Shown here: positions 27,726 to 42,012 of the stretch, piece after piece
Layout: every line of letters starts with the position of its first letter
Numbering within the stretch: position 1 is the stretch's first letter
Source: Octopus sinensis
Lineage: Eukaryota
DNA: 64,000 nt
NCBI RefSeq assembly: GCF_006345805.1
Contig: NC_043013.1
Location: 41,912,001 to 41,976,000, forward strand
Direction of reading: 5' to 3'
Notes under the pieces: generated by a model
What the model was told of the DNA's origin: nothing
The model's input: the letters and a program-made list of their open reading frames with translations, nothing else
Database searches by the model: none
Position numbers and translations under genes: made by a program

Positions 27726-28402
27726 CAGACGGATAACTAAATAGATGTATTGTATATTGTGTACAGTATTTCTATTTTATTCCCAACTTCCTGTGGCTCC
27801 TATATATATTATGTTTTGTTTCCTCAATTCATTGCTGTATCTCGAAATCTCGATGAAACTCAATATTATTAATTCCATCCGTAAATACAAGGGAGTCATG
27901 AACTAATAAATTATTAACAGAACGTAGAATCACAACACACATAGTCCACAATATAAGGTTTCTTTCTGAACTGTTTCAGTATTCAATTGAAAATTCTTCC
28001 AAGGTCAACTTATCCATTCATCATATCCTCTAGAGTCAATGTATTTTTGGTAAAACATTTTTTTAAAAAGGGGAGGGCGGGGGAATGTGCTTTTAGTATT
28101 CTTTGAAGTAATCTGACTTGGTTCGCTTTACTGTTCCCATTGAGGAAAGGTAGCTGAGTGGGTATGGGCAAAGGAAGAATCAGGTTTAGAGGTTGCGAGT
28201 TCAAATTCAGAGCATGCAATTCGTTGCTGCTTAGCAACCAAACCAATTCTTACCGAGCAATTCTGTGATCAAATGAATTCCATCGATGACCATACCGTCT
28301 TTTTTTTTTTAATGAATGTTTTCTGGGACTCAATTTTATTAGAAAAAGTTTTCCTGTAGAATTATTATTATTATTAATATTATTATTATTATTGTTGTTG
28401 TT

Positions 28403-28438
<36 letters not shown>

Positions 28439-28440
28439 AA

Positions 28441-28578
28441 GGCAGCGAGCTGGTAGAACCGTTGGCAAAATACTTTGTGGTATTTCGTCCTTCTTTGTGT
28501 TCTGAGCTTCAATTCCGCTGAGGTCATCTTTGCCTTTGATCCTTTTGGGGTCGATAAAATAAGTACCAGTTGAGTACT
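28441..28578 (+). mobile_element. Old SINE B partial copy
   Basis: GGCAGCGAGCTGGTAGAA head and GGGGTCGATAAAATAAGTACCAG core. Confidence 0.75.
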
Positions 28579-28606
28579 GGTGGAGATGGTGGTGGTGGTA
28601 TTGCTG

Positions 28607-28666
<60 letters not shown>

Positions 28667-28705
28667 ATGTATACATATATGTGTATATGTTTATGTATAC
28701 ATATG

Positions 28706-28737
<32 letters not shown>

Positions 28738-29819
28738 TATGTATACATATATGTGTATATGTTTATGTATACATATGTATATGTATGTATTATGTATATA
28801 TATATATACTTATTTGTGGATTAACAAGATACCAATGGTTTATCAAATCTGCCACACGGGAACATAGTTCTTATCTCCATTTTGTATTGTCATCCAAAAT
28901 GGAGACAGACTTGATAATTGTTGAGAGATTTTCTCTCAACATGAAACCATTGGTGGCCTTATTAATCCCACAATAAAGAATATTTATCCACGAATGCGGT
29001 GTTGAGCGCTCATTCTCGCTGTTCGATGTAAGTATGTATGTATATATATATATAGATATATCGTGTCGGGGCGTGGCATAGTGTCTTCGGCTCGCGATCG
29101 ATCGTAAGGTAGTGAGTTCAATTCTCGGCGCGTTGTCTCCTTGAGAAAAACATTTCATTTCATACTGCAAAATTTAGTTGTAATCCCTGATGCTGTTCTT
29201 CTCTTTCTTTTCTCCTCCTTCTCCGCTTCTTTTTATTCTTCTTCGTGCTTATACTCAAATCTGTCATAAAGCTACCCATCGTATATTCTCCTCGTCCAAG
29301 CGTCCGCCAAACCCTTTTTGTGATTGGATTGGATTGGTGTGGATTGCCTATGTTCAGTCCACTGCAGGACAAGGTCCCTCAACATGTCCTATCTACCAAC
29401 CACGGAGGCCGTGAATTTGAACTTGAGATCATACTGGTTTGATGAGCTTACTCTGTCACACTGGCTCGACATGGTTTGGTAGAGGAGCGTAGTTTTTTTT
29501 ACTCTTACTCAGTTAAGTCGATTACAGCGACTTCAGTGTTCAGCTGGTACTTATTTTATCGACCTTGAAAGGATAAAAAGCAAAGTCGGCCTCTGTGGAA
29601 TATCTACTCAGAACATAGGGGCAGAAGAAATACCACCAAACATTTCATCTGACGTGCTTACGATTCCGTCAGCTCTCCTCCTTCAACACTTTCCACATAC
29701 GTTAAACCGATCATCTACCACAAGGTCCTGTTCTTGTTTCGATATGGTAGCTCGTGGGCTCAAGATAACTATAGGAACTATGACCCAACCTCAAAGACCT
29801 AAAGGAGATCAAAGAACAG

Positions 29820-30090
29820 GTTTCTTCTCAGAGGTAAAAATGGATTTGCATGGAGCCAGCTGCTCTACATAGAAAATAGCAAAGTTATCGAAGCATCGAT
29901 GACAAGTGACAACCAACAAAACCTGGGAGAAGACGCCCTAAAAATAACTGGAGATGAGGATTCTGAGAAATAACTGGAAAATGCTGAGATCCAACTGGAG
30001 AGAAACAGAAAAAAGACAGCCCAGGGTCGAGAAGAGAAGTGGAGAATAGTGATTGATATCCTATGCTCCATGGGATGCGAAGAGTTTACG
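29820..30090 (+). mobile_element. Degraded RTE-like LINE 3' end
   Basis: Fragmentary RRPKNNWR, KTAQGREEKWRIVIDILCSMG resembling the RTE C-terminal GRPK.TWR...AQ.R..WR..V..LC pattern. Confidence 0.55.
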
Positions 30091-30399
30091 TAAATAACTA
30101 GCAAGTAAATCGCCTATACCTGTTCAAGGAGGAGAAGGACGTTGCCACACTAAAGGGATCCAACCGAGACAGTAATACGTCTATCGCTGTACCACATCTC
30201 CGAAACAAAGGTCAGATTTACCTTTACCTTTTCATTAAGCACGGTTAACTCAACCAAGGAATTCTTAGTTTTTTCTTCAAATCGTTGTCCCTTTCTTCTT
30301 CAAGGTTGCCTCAGTTTGTTTTATTGATCTGTCCACGAGGAACGTCTATATAAATTAAGAATTTATCGTATACGGTATACACTATAATCCCCACCTTCG

Positions 30400-30744
30400 T
30401 ATATTTATGTGCATGTATATATGTGTGTGCACGCGCGCGTGTTTATATGAATATACGTATGTATGAGTGTACGTGTGTGTTTGTGTGTATGTGTGTGTGT
30501 GTGTGTGCGTGTGTATGTGCGTGTGTGTGTGTGTGTGTGCCACAAAAATTATAACACGAAGACGAAGTAAAAAAATAAAAGACAATCTATTGGATTTATG
30601 CTCAGGAAAAATAGAAGAAAAAATCTTTTATGCTTCGAGCATACGCTCTTCTACGGAAAGAACAGACGAGTAGTGAAAAAAGTGGAGAGAGAAAGAACAA
30701 ATCTGTCTCAATTAGACGGTCACAAAATGCTGATGTGTGTGTGT

Positions 30745-30786
<42 letters not shown>

Positions 30787-30926
30787 GTGCGTGCGTGCAT
30801 GCGTGCGTGCGTGCGTGTGTGTGTGTGTGTATGTTTGTTTGTGATACACACACGAACACAAAAAACTGCGTGTATATTCACTGCAACAACTTACACACAA
30901 GCACACAGACCGTTGCAACTCCGCTA

Positions 30927-30989
<63 letters not shown>

Positions 30990-31395
30990 ATACTCTACAT
31001 ATAGACTCCAATACGTAACAAACATTCTAAAACAGATAACAAAAACATCTACACAATAAAACTAGCGTACACACACAGTCGTATTGTACACGACGCATGC
31101 ACTGCAAATACACATACATATAAACACACACGCACACACATACACACACACTCGCTGTAAACACACACGAACACATACATATATACATATACATACCTAT
31201 ATACATATGCATACACATCCATACATATACATACATGCACATACATACACATACATACATACATACATACATACACATATATACACATACATACATACAC
31301 ATACATGCACATACACATTTATGCATATACATACACATACATACACATATATACATACATACATACATACATACGTACACATACATCCATACATG

Positions 31396-31427
<32 letters not shown>

Positions 31428-32083
31428 CATACATACACATACATACATACACATACATATATATATACATACACATACCTAGACATACACATACATACAC
31501 ATACCTAGACATACACATACATATATATACATACACATACCTAGACATACATACAAATACATATATACGCATACATACATGCACATACAAGCAAAATACA
31601 CACTTCTATAAAAACACGTGCACACACACACACAGGCGCGCGCGCAAACACATACATACACACACTATCTCGCATGAACATACACACAGACACACACGCA
31701 CAGACACACACATACGGACACACAGACATACAGAAACACACTCAGATAAACATACACACGCACGCACACACATACATACATAGACACACTCACACACACA
31801 CACACGCGCGCTTGCTTGCAGAGGTAGATACATGCACACACGAGTACAACTGTACGTCATGTCAATATCAATACATAGAGTACAGCACACACGCATACAC
31901 ACATACACACACACACACTCGCATACGCGCACGCACACAGAGATACATACGCACACACATGCGTACAACTACGCGTCATATTAATACATACACCACAACA
32001 CGCACACACACACACACATACATAATATACACACATACATGCACACACGCACGCAGACACACACAGATGCATACATACATACA

Positions 32084-32115
<32 letters not shown>

Positions 32116-32808
32116 CACACACATTACAACTACGCGTCATCTTAATACATACACTACAACGCATACATACACACAAACACACAAAGATACACACACATAC
32201 ACACACACGCAAACACACGCACACACACACATACAGACTCAGCGGTACATACACAAATACAACGACACTTCATTTTAATACATACAGTACAGCACACACA
32301 CACACACACACATACAAGCATGCATGTACACAATCACAACCACGTGACGTATAAATGTCTATAGAACACACTCATGCACGTGTAGATACACAGAAGCACA
32401 ACCAACGAATAACCTTCTAAACACACACACACACAACACAAACACTTGCACATACGCACTCATTCATAAACAGAACCACAAAACGTACTAATACACACAC
32501 ATAAATGCACCGTGCACACGCACACACGCACACATTGAAGCACAACTATACAGTGAAGAAATAGAGATAAAATGCCCAATACACACACGTCGGTCTGAAA
32601 CACACACAGATTTGCACACATTTTAATAACTTCTACACATACTTACATACGCGCACACACACACACACACCGAGGTAGATAGATAGATAGAATATGGAGG
32701 TATATAGATAGATAGATATATAATTATCGATAGATAGATAGATAGATAGACATAGATAGATAGACATAGAAGATATAGATAGTCGATAGATAACTATAGA
32801 TACTATAG

Positions 32809-32841
<33 letters not shown>

Positions 32842-32897
32842 TATATAGATAGATAGATAAATAGTAGATAGATAGATATTAGATAGATAGATATCAT

Positions 32898-32928
<31 letters not shown>

Positions 32929-33074
32929 AATATATAAGATAGATAGAGATAGATAGATGATAGATAGATAGATAAAAGATATAGATAGATGATAGATAGA
33001 TAGATAGAAATAGATAATAGTAGATCATAGATAGATAGATAGATAGATAGACATAGATAGATCGATAGATAGAT

Positions 33075-33107
<33 letters not shown>

Positions 33108-33230
33108 GATCAGATAGATAGATAGACAGATATGATAGACAGACGATGCGATAGATAGTAGATAGATAGATATAGATAGATAGATAGATATATAGATAGT
33201 AGATAGATAGATAGATAGATATGTAGGTAT

Positions 33231-33311
<81 letters not shown>

Positions 33312-33540
33312 GGATAGATAGATAGATATATACATACATATATTTATACAGACAGACAGACACATACGTACGTACAGATTAACATACATACATACAAACG
33401 TATGTACATACATACAATGCATACGCACGCGCACGCAAACGTATATTCATACATACCTACATACGCACACACCGCCTACATAAATTCACACAGGCAGACA
33501 GACAGACAAACAAGCAGACAGACATACAGACAGACATAAC
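30400..33540. repeat. Long (CA)/(TACA)-rich then (GATA)-rich microsatellite field
   Basis: Directly visible. GATA-rich block 32675-33330. Confidence 0.95.
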
Positions 33541-33544
33541 GGTG

Positions 33545-34360
33545 AGGCATAAAAGACATGATATCGTTGCAAAAAACCATTTACTATAATATCCGCAGAA
33601 AGGATTTCCCTGGCGGATACATCAAAGGCATGTCAGAGCCAAAAAGTGGTTACAGCTTTAAAAACAAGGAATGCTGGTGGAATTCTCCAATGAAAACAGC
33701 AAATCAGTGCAAACCCAACAGACTTGATATTGCCCTTTAGGACAGAGAACAAAAGTCATGCAACGTTGTAGGGGTCAACTGGGCAGTTGACCTCTACAAT
33801 GTGAACGTATAGTCAAAGGTCCACGACGAAGGAACATTTATGGTAAACTAATGCGAAGCTCACAGCTCTTGTACCCTGAAAATAATTTTTCATTTGTATC
33901 TGTCATGTCTGTGGAGGCGCAATGGCCCAGTGGTTAGGGCAGCGGACTCGCGGTCGGAGGATCGCGGTTTCGATTCCCAGATAGGGCGTTGTGTGTGTTT
34001 ATTGAGCGGAAACACCTAAAGCTCCATGAGGCTCCGGCAGGGAGTGGTGGTGACCCCTGTTGTACTCTTTCGCTCCAACTTGCTTTCACTCTTTCTTCTT
34101 GTTTCTTGAGTAACACTGCGATGGACTGGCGTCCCGTCCAGCTGGGAGGAACACATACGCCACAGAAACCGGGAAACCGGGCCTATGAGCCTGGCTAGGC
34201 TTGAAAAGAGCACATGAATAAAACAAAAATCTATCATATATAGAAAAACTCAGACATGTTAGGATTTTCGAAGAAAGTGCAAAAGAAACTGACGCGTATT
34301 TTCCAAATCCAATCTGTTTGCGGGTCAGTAAGAATTTGTAAGACATTTCAAAGACTCTTC
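33545..34360 (+). mobile_element. Degraded RLE-type (R4-like) LINE fragment interrupted by SINE D
   Basis: RHDIVAKTIYYNIRRKD...KECWWNSPMKTANQCKPNRLDIAL*DREQKSC; same family as 36704-37572. Confidence 0.7.
33911..34225 (+). mobile_element. SINE family D with the C-type tail
   Basis: Head GTGGAGGCGCAATGGCCCAGTGGTTAGGGCAGCGGACTCGCGG...GGTTTCGATTCCC; tail TGCGATGGACTGGCGTCCCGTCCAG...GAGCCTGGCTAGGC. Confidence 0.87.
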
Positions 34361-34452
34361 TTCTGATATTCTTAAAATGAATGTTTGCACACATTTGGTT
34401 ACGTGCATCGATGGTTCAAACCTTTTCACCAACTCAGCAACATATTTTCTAA

Positions 34453-35173
34453 CACCGTGAATCGAAATTTTTTTTCCCGCGAAAGTTCCGGATCCCAGTT
34501 ATGCAAATGGACTCATTTGCATACAGCCAATCAGAGCTCAGCTATCAAACTAGTGTCCACCTAGTCACGAAAATACTCTGGTTGAGTTCAGTGGAAAATG
34601 TGCGTTACAGCAAAATGTAATGGTTCTAAACGGGTTAACAGGGGAGACAAATGTGAAATTTAGTGTATAAAGTGAATGGACAGCTGCTCACCGATGATGC
34701 CATAGGTGTTGCCAATTTGCATAATGTACTAGAAAATGTAAATGAGTGTAGTTTCCTAATTTTTTGGCTGATTTTGTACATTCTTAATTTTAAATGTTGG
34801 TGTTGATCTAGAAACATCGTAATCAATATGGCGTCGTATTGCACCCTGCTTGCATATATCAATGGGTACATGCAGTATCACTAATCTCAGTCTGAGCATA
34901 GGTACCTAATGTTAGTTCCATATAGAGATGGTGCTCAACTGATCTCAGAAGATGGTGGTGGGAAATGTGGTGCTTATGTAAGAGCGGCTATGCTGTACTC
35001 ACAGAGTGGCATACACCATTCTTTGCCTGACTGACTGTCCTGTAGCAATACACAGTATGTGGATTTTAAAGGTGAGCTCTGTATGAGTTCATTACAAATG
35101 AGTTCATTACTGGGGTCCGGAACTCCGTGGGAAAAAAAATTTCGCCACCGGGAACTCTCTAACTCAAAAGGTG
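34453..35173. mobile_element. Possible non-autonomous TIR element (piggyBac-like ends)
   Basis: Inverted subterminal GAAATTTTTTTTCCCGCGAAAGTTCCGGATCCCAGT vs ACTGGGGTCCGGAACTCCGTGGGAAAAAAAATTTC. Ends CTAA|CACC and GGTG|TTAT. Confidence 0.45.
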
Positions 35174-36180
35174 TTATCAATTTGTTTGCGACTGGATTGA
35201 ACTCGCTTAAGAAGAACTTACAACTCAAAGAAAAGCATACATACAAACAAACAGACACACGCACGCATGCACACGCACACACGTGCACACACACACACAC
35301 TCACACATCTATAATAATAAACGCGAAATTTTGTCTTTTCGTATGTCCGAGACCCCAATATCCCAGCCTACGCTTGCTCTACATAGACACATTATACCTT
35401 TTTGGAAACAGAATGATCCCAAGATTGAAAATCTGCCCTTCACTTGGTTCTCGAACATCCTGCATTGGGATCAGGTATGGATGATCCCAATGTTATATGC
35501 TAACAGGTGAAAATTCAAATTTTGAAAGAACTCCCAAAGAACTTGTGAACTTACAAGTTTTTCATTTAAACTGAATTTAAAATAATATCATGTCGGAAGG
35601 GTAACAAAAAATGCTTTATAATTATTGTTGTTCTCTTTAGTCTCTTTGTTCTCTTTTGTATGTATATATTTATATATATATGCATGTATATATATATGTG
35701 TGTGTCTGTGTATGTATGTATATATATATATATACGAGCAAAACGCCCCCCGTCCAATGGACGGTGTTGAGTTGTGAAACATTTAAACCAAATTTTCTCA
35801 AAACAACTTGTCCGACCGTCCCATAGGCCTCCCCTTTGAGAAACACTGATTTAAACTAAATTTGAGACACCAGCAAAAGAAGAAATAAATATAGACTTTT
35901 TTTCTATTCCAAAGAAAGACGATTTCCCACGGCTTTTTCGATCGCATTCTCACCTGGAATCGATTTTTGTAATTTTTTCAAGACTTATACACGCCCTGAT
36001 ACCGTCGGTATCTACATATCAAATCTGAGCACAATCGGATGGAGGATGCCCGATATCCTAGAAGACACAAACACACACACACACAGACAGAACAGATTTT
36101 ATATAAGAGAGAATAAAACGAATGGTTTACACATGGTAACTTACTGGTAAAACACGGTCACTTTCACAGTGTTCGTTATG

Positions 36181-36300
36181 TATATGGTGAATGAAAGACG
36201 GCAGATGGAATGTACGAGAATTTATTATTAATCACGATTATTGACGTGATTAATAATAATTTCTCGTATATTCCATCTTCCATTTTTCATTTACCATATA
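36181..36300. repeat. 56-bp inverted repeat with 8-nt loop
   Basis: Arms 36181-36236 and 36245-36300, six mismatches by eye. Confidence 0.9.
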
Positions 36301-36594
36301 TATATATATGTTTAAGTAGTTGAATGAATTATCCTAGTATGGATAGTTCGGTTAACCGATACCCGGTAGCAAATTTACGTCAGAAAGCACGGTTGAATTA
36401 TCACTATGGACTCTGTGTGGGCAGTCATCTAAAAGTTTTTGTTCGTCATGATGCTGACATAAGTTCCTTGTCTTTCCTGATGAGAAGACGGCATAATGCA
36501 CCCTTTATTCCTTCGGAATTAGGAATATGCAGTCTTCGAAACATGTGTCGAGAATAAAGGAATTTTGTTAATCGTCGTTCGACTCCATTCTTTC

Positions 36595-36685
<91 letters not shown>

Positions 36686-36703
36686 GCATACATACAAACA
36701 TAC

Positions 36704-37572
36704 AAGTGCAAAACGTGACGATTGATGCAGACTTGTGGTGTTAACACCGAAGACATCACCCACATCACAAGCAGTTGTCCGAAAAATGTTATCACGGTAT
36801 TATCTACTGGTGAGACATGATGTAGCTAGGATACTCTATAATGAAATCCGTCAGAAGGATAACTCCGAGGACAAAGAAATAAGAACCCACATTATGGTAG
36901 AAGCCATAGCCACTCATAATAAAAAGGAGTACTGTTGGAATGTCCCAGTGAAAACCTCAATAAAATGTAAGCACAACAGACCTGGTATAATGATTTAGGA
37001 TAGAGAAGAGAAATTGTGTACAGTTGTGGAGATTAGTTGTCCAGTGGATAATAACACAAATCAGTGAAAAAGAGAATATCTACGCTGAACTATTGGAAAA
37101 TTTGCAGTTACTCTATCTAGATTGTAAGTTCAGGTTTATACCTGTAATTATTAGGGTCCTGGAATATGTAACACATTGCCTAAATACCAATCTTGGAAGA
37201 TTAAGCTTCCCAAAACCAGATAAGAGAAAGCCTACAGATCCAATCTATCATTGGAACTGTAAAAGTCTGTAAAACGTTCCAGAAGTTTATCATTTAAATA
37301 TATATGAGCATGTCTAGAAATGCAACTATATGCATGAGAATACATACATAAAACAAAACATGCAAATCTGCACACATATATACATACCTACACACACACA
37401 CACACACATACATACATACATACATACATACATACATACATACATACATACATACATACATACATACAAAAATACCCTTTTAGTATTGTTGAAATTCCAA
37501 TGAAGGAGCCTTGGATCTAGGTTAGAAACCGGCTCTTTCGCTATTGGCAAGAAATCTTGAAATAAAACTGAA
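36704..37572 (+). mobile_element. RLE-type (R4-like) LINE 3' part: CCHC knuckle, endonuclease and 3' UTR
   Basis: CRL(C)GVNTEDITHITSSCP.M.SRYYLLVRHDVAR...KEYCWNVPVKTSIKCKHNRPGIMI*DREEKLCTVVEISCP...EKENIYAELL..LQLLY..CKFRFIPVII. TACA-type repeats on both flanks. Confidence 0.82.
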
Positions 37573-37829
37573 TTACACACATACATACATACATACATAA
37601 ATGCATATATACATGCATAAATGCATATATACATGCATACATACTTCCGTGCACATGCTCTCTCCTACCTCTTTCACAAAATCCGCCGTACACTCATATT
37701 TGATATTCACACTCACCGAAAACACCCAAGCACATTCCTACACAATCTTCCCATTCTTTTTAGGTGCCATGTCCAAAATGCAGGGCATAGGTGATTATGC
37801 CCTGCCACAATTCTCCGTTCTTTGTTTTC

Positions 37830-38300
37830 TGTAATAGTTTCACTTCCTGGTGTTTAATGCCTCTTTCTTCCAACCAATTCATCAGGCTTGACATCCATAG
37901 CATCCTCCACTTTCCTGTTTCTTTTCTCTTCAATCTTTCCATTCATCGTTAAATTCTCCAGGCTTTCTTTCCTCATCGCATGATCAACAAATCTCAGTTG
38001 CTTGGACCTTATCTCACGAAACAGTTTCCTATTTACCGCAGCTCGGGGTCATCACTTCTTCGTTAGACACTTTGTCTGTCTATGCTAAACTCAATATTCT
38101 CCTTTGTCGTTAGACACTTAGTCTGTCCGTATTATCCTCAATATTCTCCTAAAGAACCACATTTCATAATTCTCCAAGCATTTTCTCATTCTTGATGTTA
38201 TAGGCCATGCCTCACATCCATGCATTAACACAGGATCGACATAGAAATTCAACAAACGGATCCTGGTCTTCATGCTCGGAGTGCGGTGAAGAAGGCAACA
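37830..38300 (-). mobile_element. RTE-clade LINE, post-RT region
   Basis: TRIRLLNFYVDPVLMHGCEAWPITSRMRKCLENYEMWFFRRILRI..TD, then QLRFVDHAMRKESLENL...GKIE. Confidence 0.82.
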
Positions 38301-38526
38301 GGAGATCACTTTACTACTTTACAATTCCCAAGAACAATCAAAAACAATCGCAATTCTACACAATACAATTACAGATATACGTGTACACAAGCACACACAA
38401 ATATATGTAACACAGGTCAACATAAAAACATTTCACGGCACACAAAAATTCAACGCATACACGGACACTCTACTTACGTACAAACTTACACGCACATTGC
38501 AAATACATACGCGTGTACACACATAC

Positions 38527-39035
38527 ACTCTCTCTTTCCCTCTCTCTCTCTCTCTCTTTCTTTCTCGCTCTCTCTCTCTCTCTCTTACTCTCTTTACTTC
38601 TCTTTTTCTGTGTCCCTCTCTCCTTTTTTCTCTCTCTCCCCTCTCCCTTTCTCATTCTCCTTCTTTCCCTCTCTCCCTCTCTCTCTCTCGCTCTCCTCTT
38701 TCTCTCTTACTCTCTTTACTTCTCTTTTTCTGTGTCTCTCTTCTTTTTTCTCTCTCTCCCCTCTCTCTTTCTCATTCTCCTTCTTTCAATCTCTCCCTCT
38801 CTCTCTCTCTTACTTTCTTTACTTCTCTTCTTCTGTGTCCTTCTCTTCTTTTTTCTCTCTTTCTAACTTTCCTTCTTTCACCCTCTCCCTCTCTCCCCTC
38901 TCTTTCTCTCTCTCTCTCTCTCTCTCTACTCTCTTTACTTCTCTTCTTCTGTGTCCCTCTCTTCTTTTTTCTCTCTCCTCTCTCTTTCTCACTCTCCTTC
39001 TTTCCCTCTCTCCCACTCCCTTTCTCTCTCTTTTC
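38527..39035. repeat. Polypyrimidine (CT) tract with ~105-120-bp higher-order repeat x4
   Basis: Marker TACT(C/T)TCTTTACTTCTCTT(T/C)TTCTGTGTC recurs at ~38586, 38708, 38811 and 38927. Confidence 0.85.
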
Positions 39036-39650
39036 ACACACACACCCCCACACACTAGAAAATATTCACCCCGCTTTACAACATTGACACAGTGACACAT
39101 AACGCACACACATATCTACAAAAGGGAGATGAGCAAAAAGTTAAAAAATAACCCAACACACACATTTTACTTCCACATGCGCAACACTCACTGGAAACAT
39201 ATGTAACACACAGTTCTAAAAGAGCAACACTCACACGCTTCAACAGCTCCTATAAACACACACACACACACCACACACAATTGCTATTGTTATCTTTCCC
39301 TCTGCTTTTGTGTACATGTGAACTGTTTCTTTTACCTTCTCATTTGCGGTCTTCTTCAAAATAACAATGAGTACACACGTGGTTTATCTTTCTTTCTTTA
39401 GAGCTTTTCCTTCTCCCCCCCCCACACACTTTCATTATGTCTTTCTGATGAAGAATTAACGTCTGAAACGTTAAATCCATTTTCATTTACCCAGGCGTAA
39501 ACCTAATAGCAAAAACTTTATCTTGTTATTGGTGACGTTATTTTCGTGACATTATATACGTGTGTTTTCGCATATATGCGAGTGTGTGCTAGCGTGCATG
39601 TATGTATGTATGTATGTATGTATGTATGTATGTATGTATGTATGTATGTA

Positions 39651-39705
<55 letters not shown>

Positions 39706-40062
39706 CCAAGTAATGATATTTTGAATGCATTTAATACGTACCTTTCAGATAACTAAGCAATAGATAAAAGGAATTTCATCTCTTACGCCAAATCTTCCTC
39801 AGTTAAGACATCTCAAAATCTTGTCTATTGAGCAATTCTGTTGTGCAATTATTTCAAACGTATTAAATGCAATGAAAGTATCATTACTTGGTTTTATTTA
39901 ATTTTTATACATTATTCTACTATACGTCTTGTACAAGCTAACCAGTCTTAAATACAAGCACGCAGATGCTATAATAAGGATTTTGAGTTGTTTCTTTCTA
40001 TTCTTCTCGACTCGGAAACTCTGGTTACGCGCATCGCTTCGAAGCTTAACACAAATTATATA

Positions 40063-41239
40063 CACTCAGACATGACAGAAGTAAAAAGACACCTTTATAA
40101 TCATTAAAATTTATTTAAATCTGAAATTATACATTCGAATTATTTATTAATTGTTATAATGTGTGTATTTGATATTTAGTAGACGTGCCTTTTGCATTTT
40201 TCAATGCAAGGATCCTATTAGGCATGTTACTGATCAGATGACGAATATTCTCTTGTGGAATTTCTTGCCAAGTTTCATGCAGTAAATCTCAAAAGATCTG
40301 GCTTTGAAGAAGCTTTCTTGTTCTTTTTATGAAGTATCCTGTCCATTATGTTCCAGAGATGTTCAATAGGGTTCATATTTGATGACTGGCTTCGCCATGA
40401 AAGCATTTTAATGCCATTTTCATCCAACAAACCTTGGGTCATTTTAGCTGTGACAAAGAGCCCCATCTTCCATAAATAAAGAATCTTCTTTAATCATTTT
40501 ACCACTGGAGAAGATTGGAAGGAGTCCTTTCTGCAATATGGACACATATTTATCTGAGTTTATGTTTCCCTCACACTCCACCAGCTCTGATCAACCATTG
40601 CTCCAAATTGCTCCCAAGACCATCACAGAAGAGCTGCCATGTTTCATTGTTGGCTGCAATCTTTTCACATCAAATTCTTGATCACAGAGTCTCCAGAACC
40701 ACACTCGACCACTGTCAAGAAATACAGCAAATCTAGATTCCTTAGAGAATATCGGTGTCCCAAAATACTAGTGGCCTCTCCACCATCTCATTGGTCCAAT
40801 CTTTTCTCCGCTTGATGATGGTTGGTCGGAGAAGTGGCTTCCTTCTTGCTGCTCTGCCATAGCAACCAAGTTTGTGGAGATATCTGACAGCTGTTCTGAG
40901 ATTGACATCAACTTGTTCTGCTATGTCAGAGGCCTTGCAACGAGGATTATCCTCCACACTTCTCTTAACAAAGAGAAGGGGCCCTGATTGATTAACTGTA
41001 GAAAACAAGATCCCAAAATTTTCTGCGGTTTTACATGGAATATGTCCACACCTTCAGAATGATACACAGTATGGCCACTTTGAAATTCATACGGTCCCAA
41101 GGTTTCTTTTGTATATGGCATGATTAAACAGTCACATATAGAATCTGAAACATAAAAATGTCAATTAATAAAAAATTAGAACATTTGCAAGTTAGAATAA
41201 ACATAAAACGATGCTTTATGGCGTGTCTGTTTACTTCTG

Positions 41240-41250
<11 letters not shown>
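40063..41250 (-). mobile_element. Tc1-like element with decayed transposase
   Basis: Peptides ASDIAEQVDVNLRTAVRYLHKLGCYGRAARRKPLL...RRKDW and WRSQSSNMNPIEHLWNIMDR. TIR CATGACAGAAGTAAAAAGACAC vs GTGTCTGTTTACTTCTGTCGTG. Confidence 0.88.
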
Positions 41251-41293
<43 letters not shown>

Positions 41294-41321
41294 TCTGTCT
41301 GTCTGTGTGTGTCTGTGTGTA

Positions 41322-41541
41322 CGAGGGTGTGTCGAAAAGTTCCTGGCTTTGGGTAAAAGAAAATACAGGGGTATCAGTTAATTATGATTTTATACAACAT
41401 ATTCCTCTCTCAGCTTCACACACTTATTGCAGCGGTCCTTTACTTTTTCTAAGCCCTGTAAAAGAACTCGGAAAGTTGGGCCTCCAGCCAGGCCTTTCAC
41501 GATACCCTTAAAGCCAAGAACTTTCCAGCCCATCCGCCTCG
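41322..41541 (-). mobile_element. mariner-derived MITE
   Basis: TA-CGAGGG...GAAAAGTTCCTGGCTTT and AAAGCCAAGAACTTTCC...CCTCG-TA termini. Second copy at 49575-49760 in the opposite orientation. Confidence 0.8.
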
Positions 41542-41558
41542 TATATATATGTATGTCT

Positions 41559-41680
<122 letters not shown>

Positions 41681-41685
41681 CTCAC

Positions 41686-42012
41686 GTGGAGGCGCAATGG
41701 CCCAGTGGTTAGGGCAGCGGACTCGCGGTCGTAGGATCGCAGTTTCGATTCCCAGACCGGGCGTTGTGAGTGTTTATTGAGCGAAAACACCTAAAAGCTC
41801 CACGAGGCTCCGGCAGGGATGGTGGTGATCCCTGCTGTACTCTTTCTCTCACTCTTTCTTCTGTTGGCCTGCTCGCTTAGCCAGCGGGGTGGCGTTGTAC
41901 TCTTTCGCCCCAACTTTCTCTCACTCTTCCTGTTTCTTGGGTAATGCTGCGTCCCGTCCAGCTGGGGGAGGAACACATACGCCATAGAAACCGGGAAACC
42001 GAAAAGGGCGAA
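41686..42012 (+). mobile_element. SINE D with internal duplication
   Basis: D head, duplicated TGTACTCTTTC segment, partial C-type tail. Confidence 0.85.

Noticed and set aside
28010-28246. 78-aa non-repetitive minus-strand ORF
   Set aside because: No recognisable motif or splice signals. Probably decayed TE sequence that I cannot assign.
33911-33985. SINE heads as genuine tRNA genes (also 7593, 41686, 56211, 58187)
   Set aside because: A/B boxes are present, but there is no proper acceptor stem and each continues into a SINE body, usually with a TSD.
38286-39095. 269-aa ORF, and the 253-aa ORF at 44036-44797
   Set aside because: Their length comes from stop-free CT, CTT and CTA repeats.
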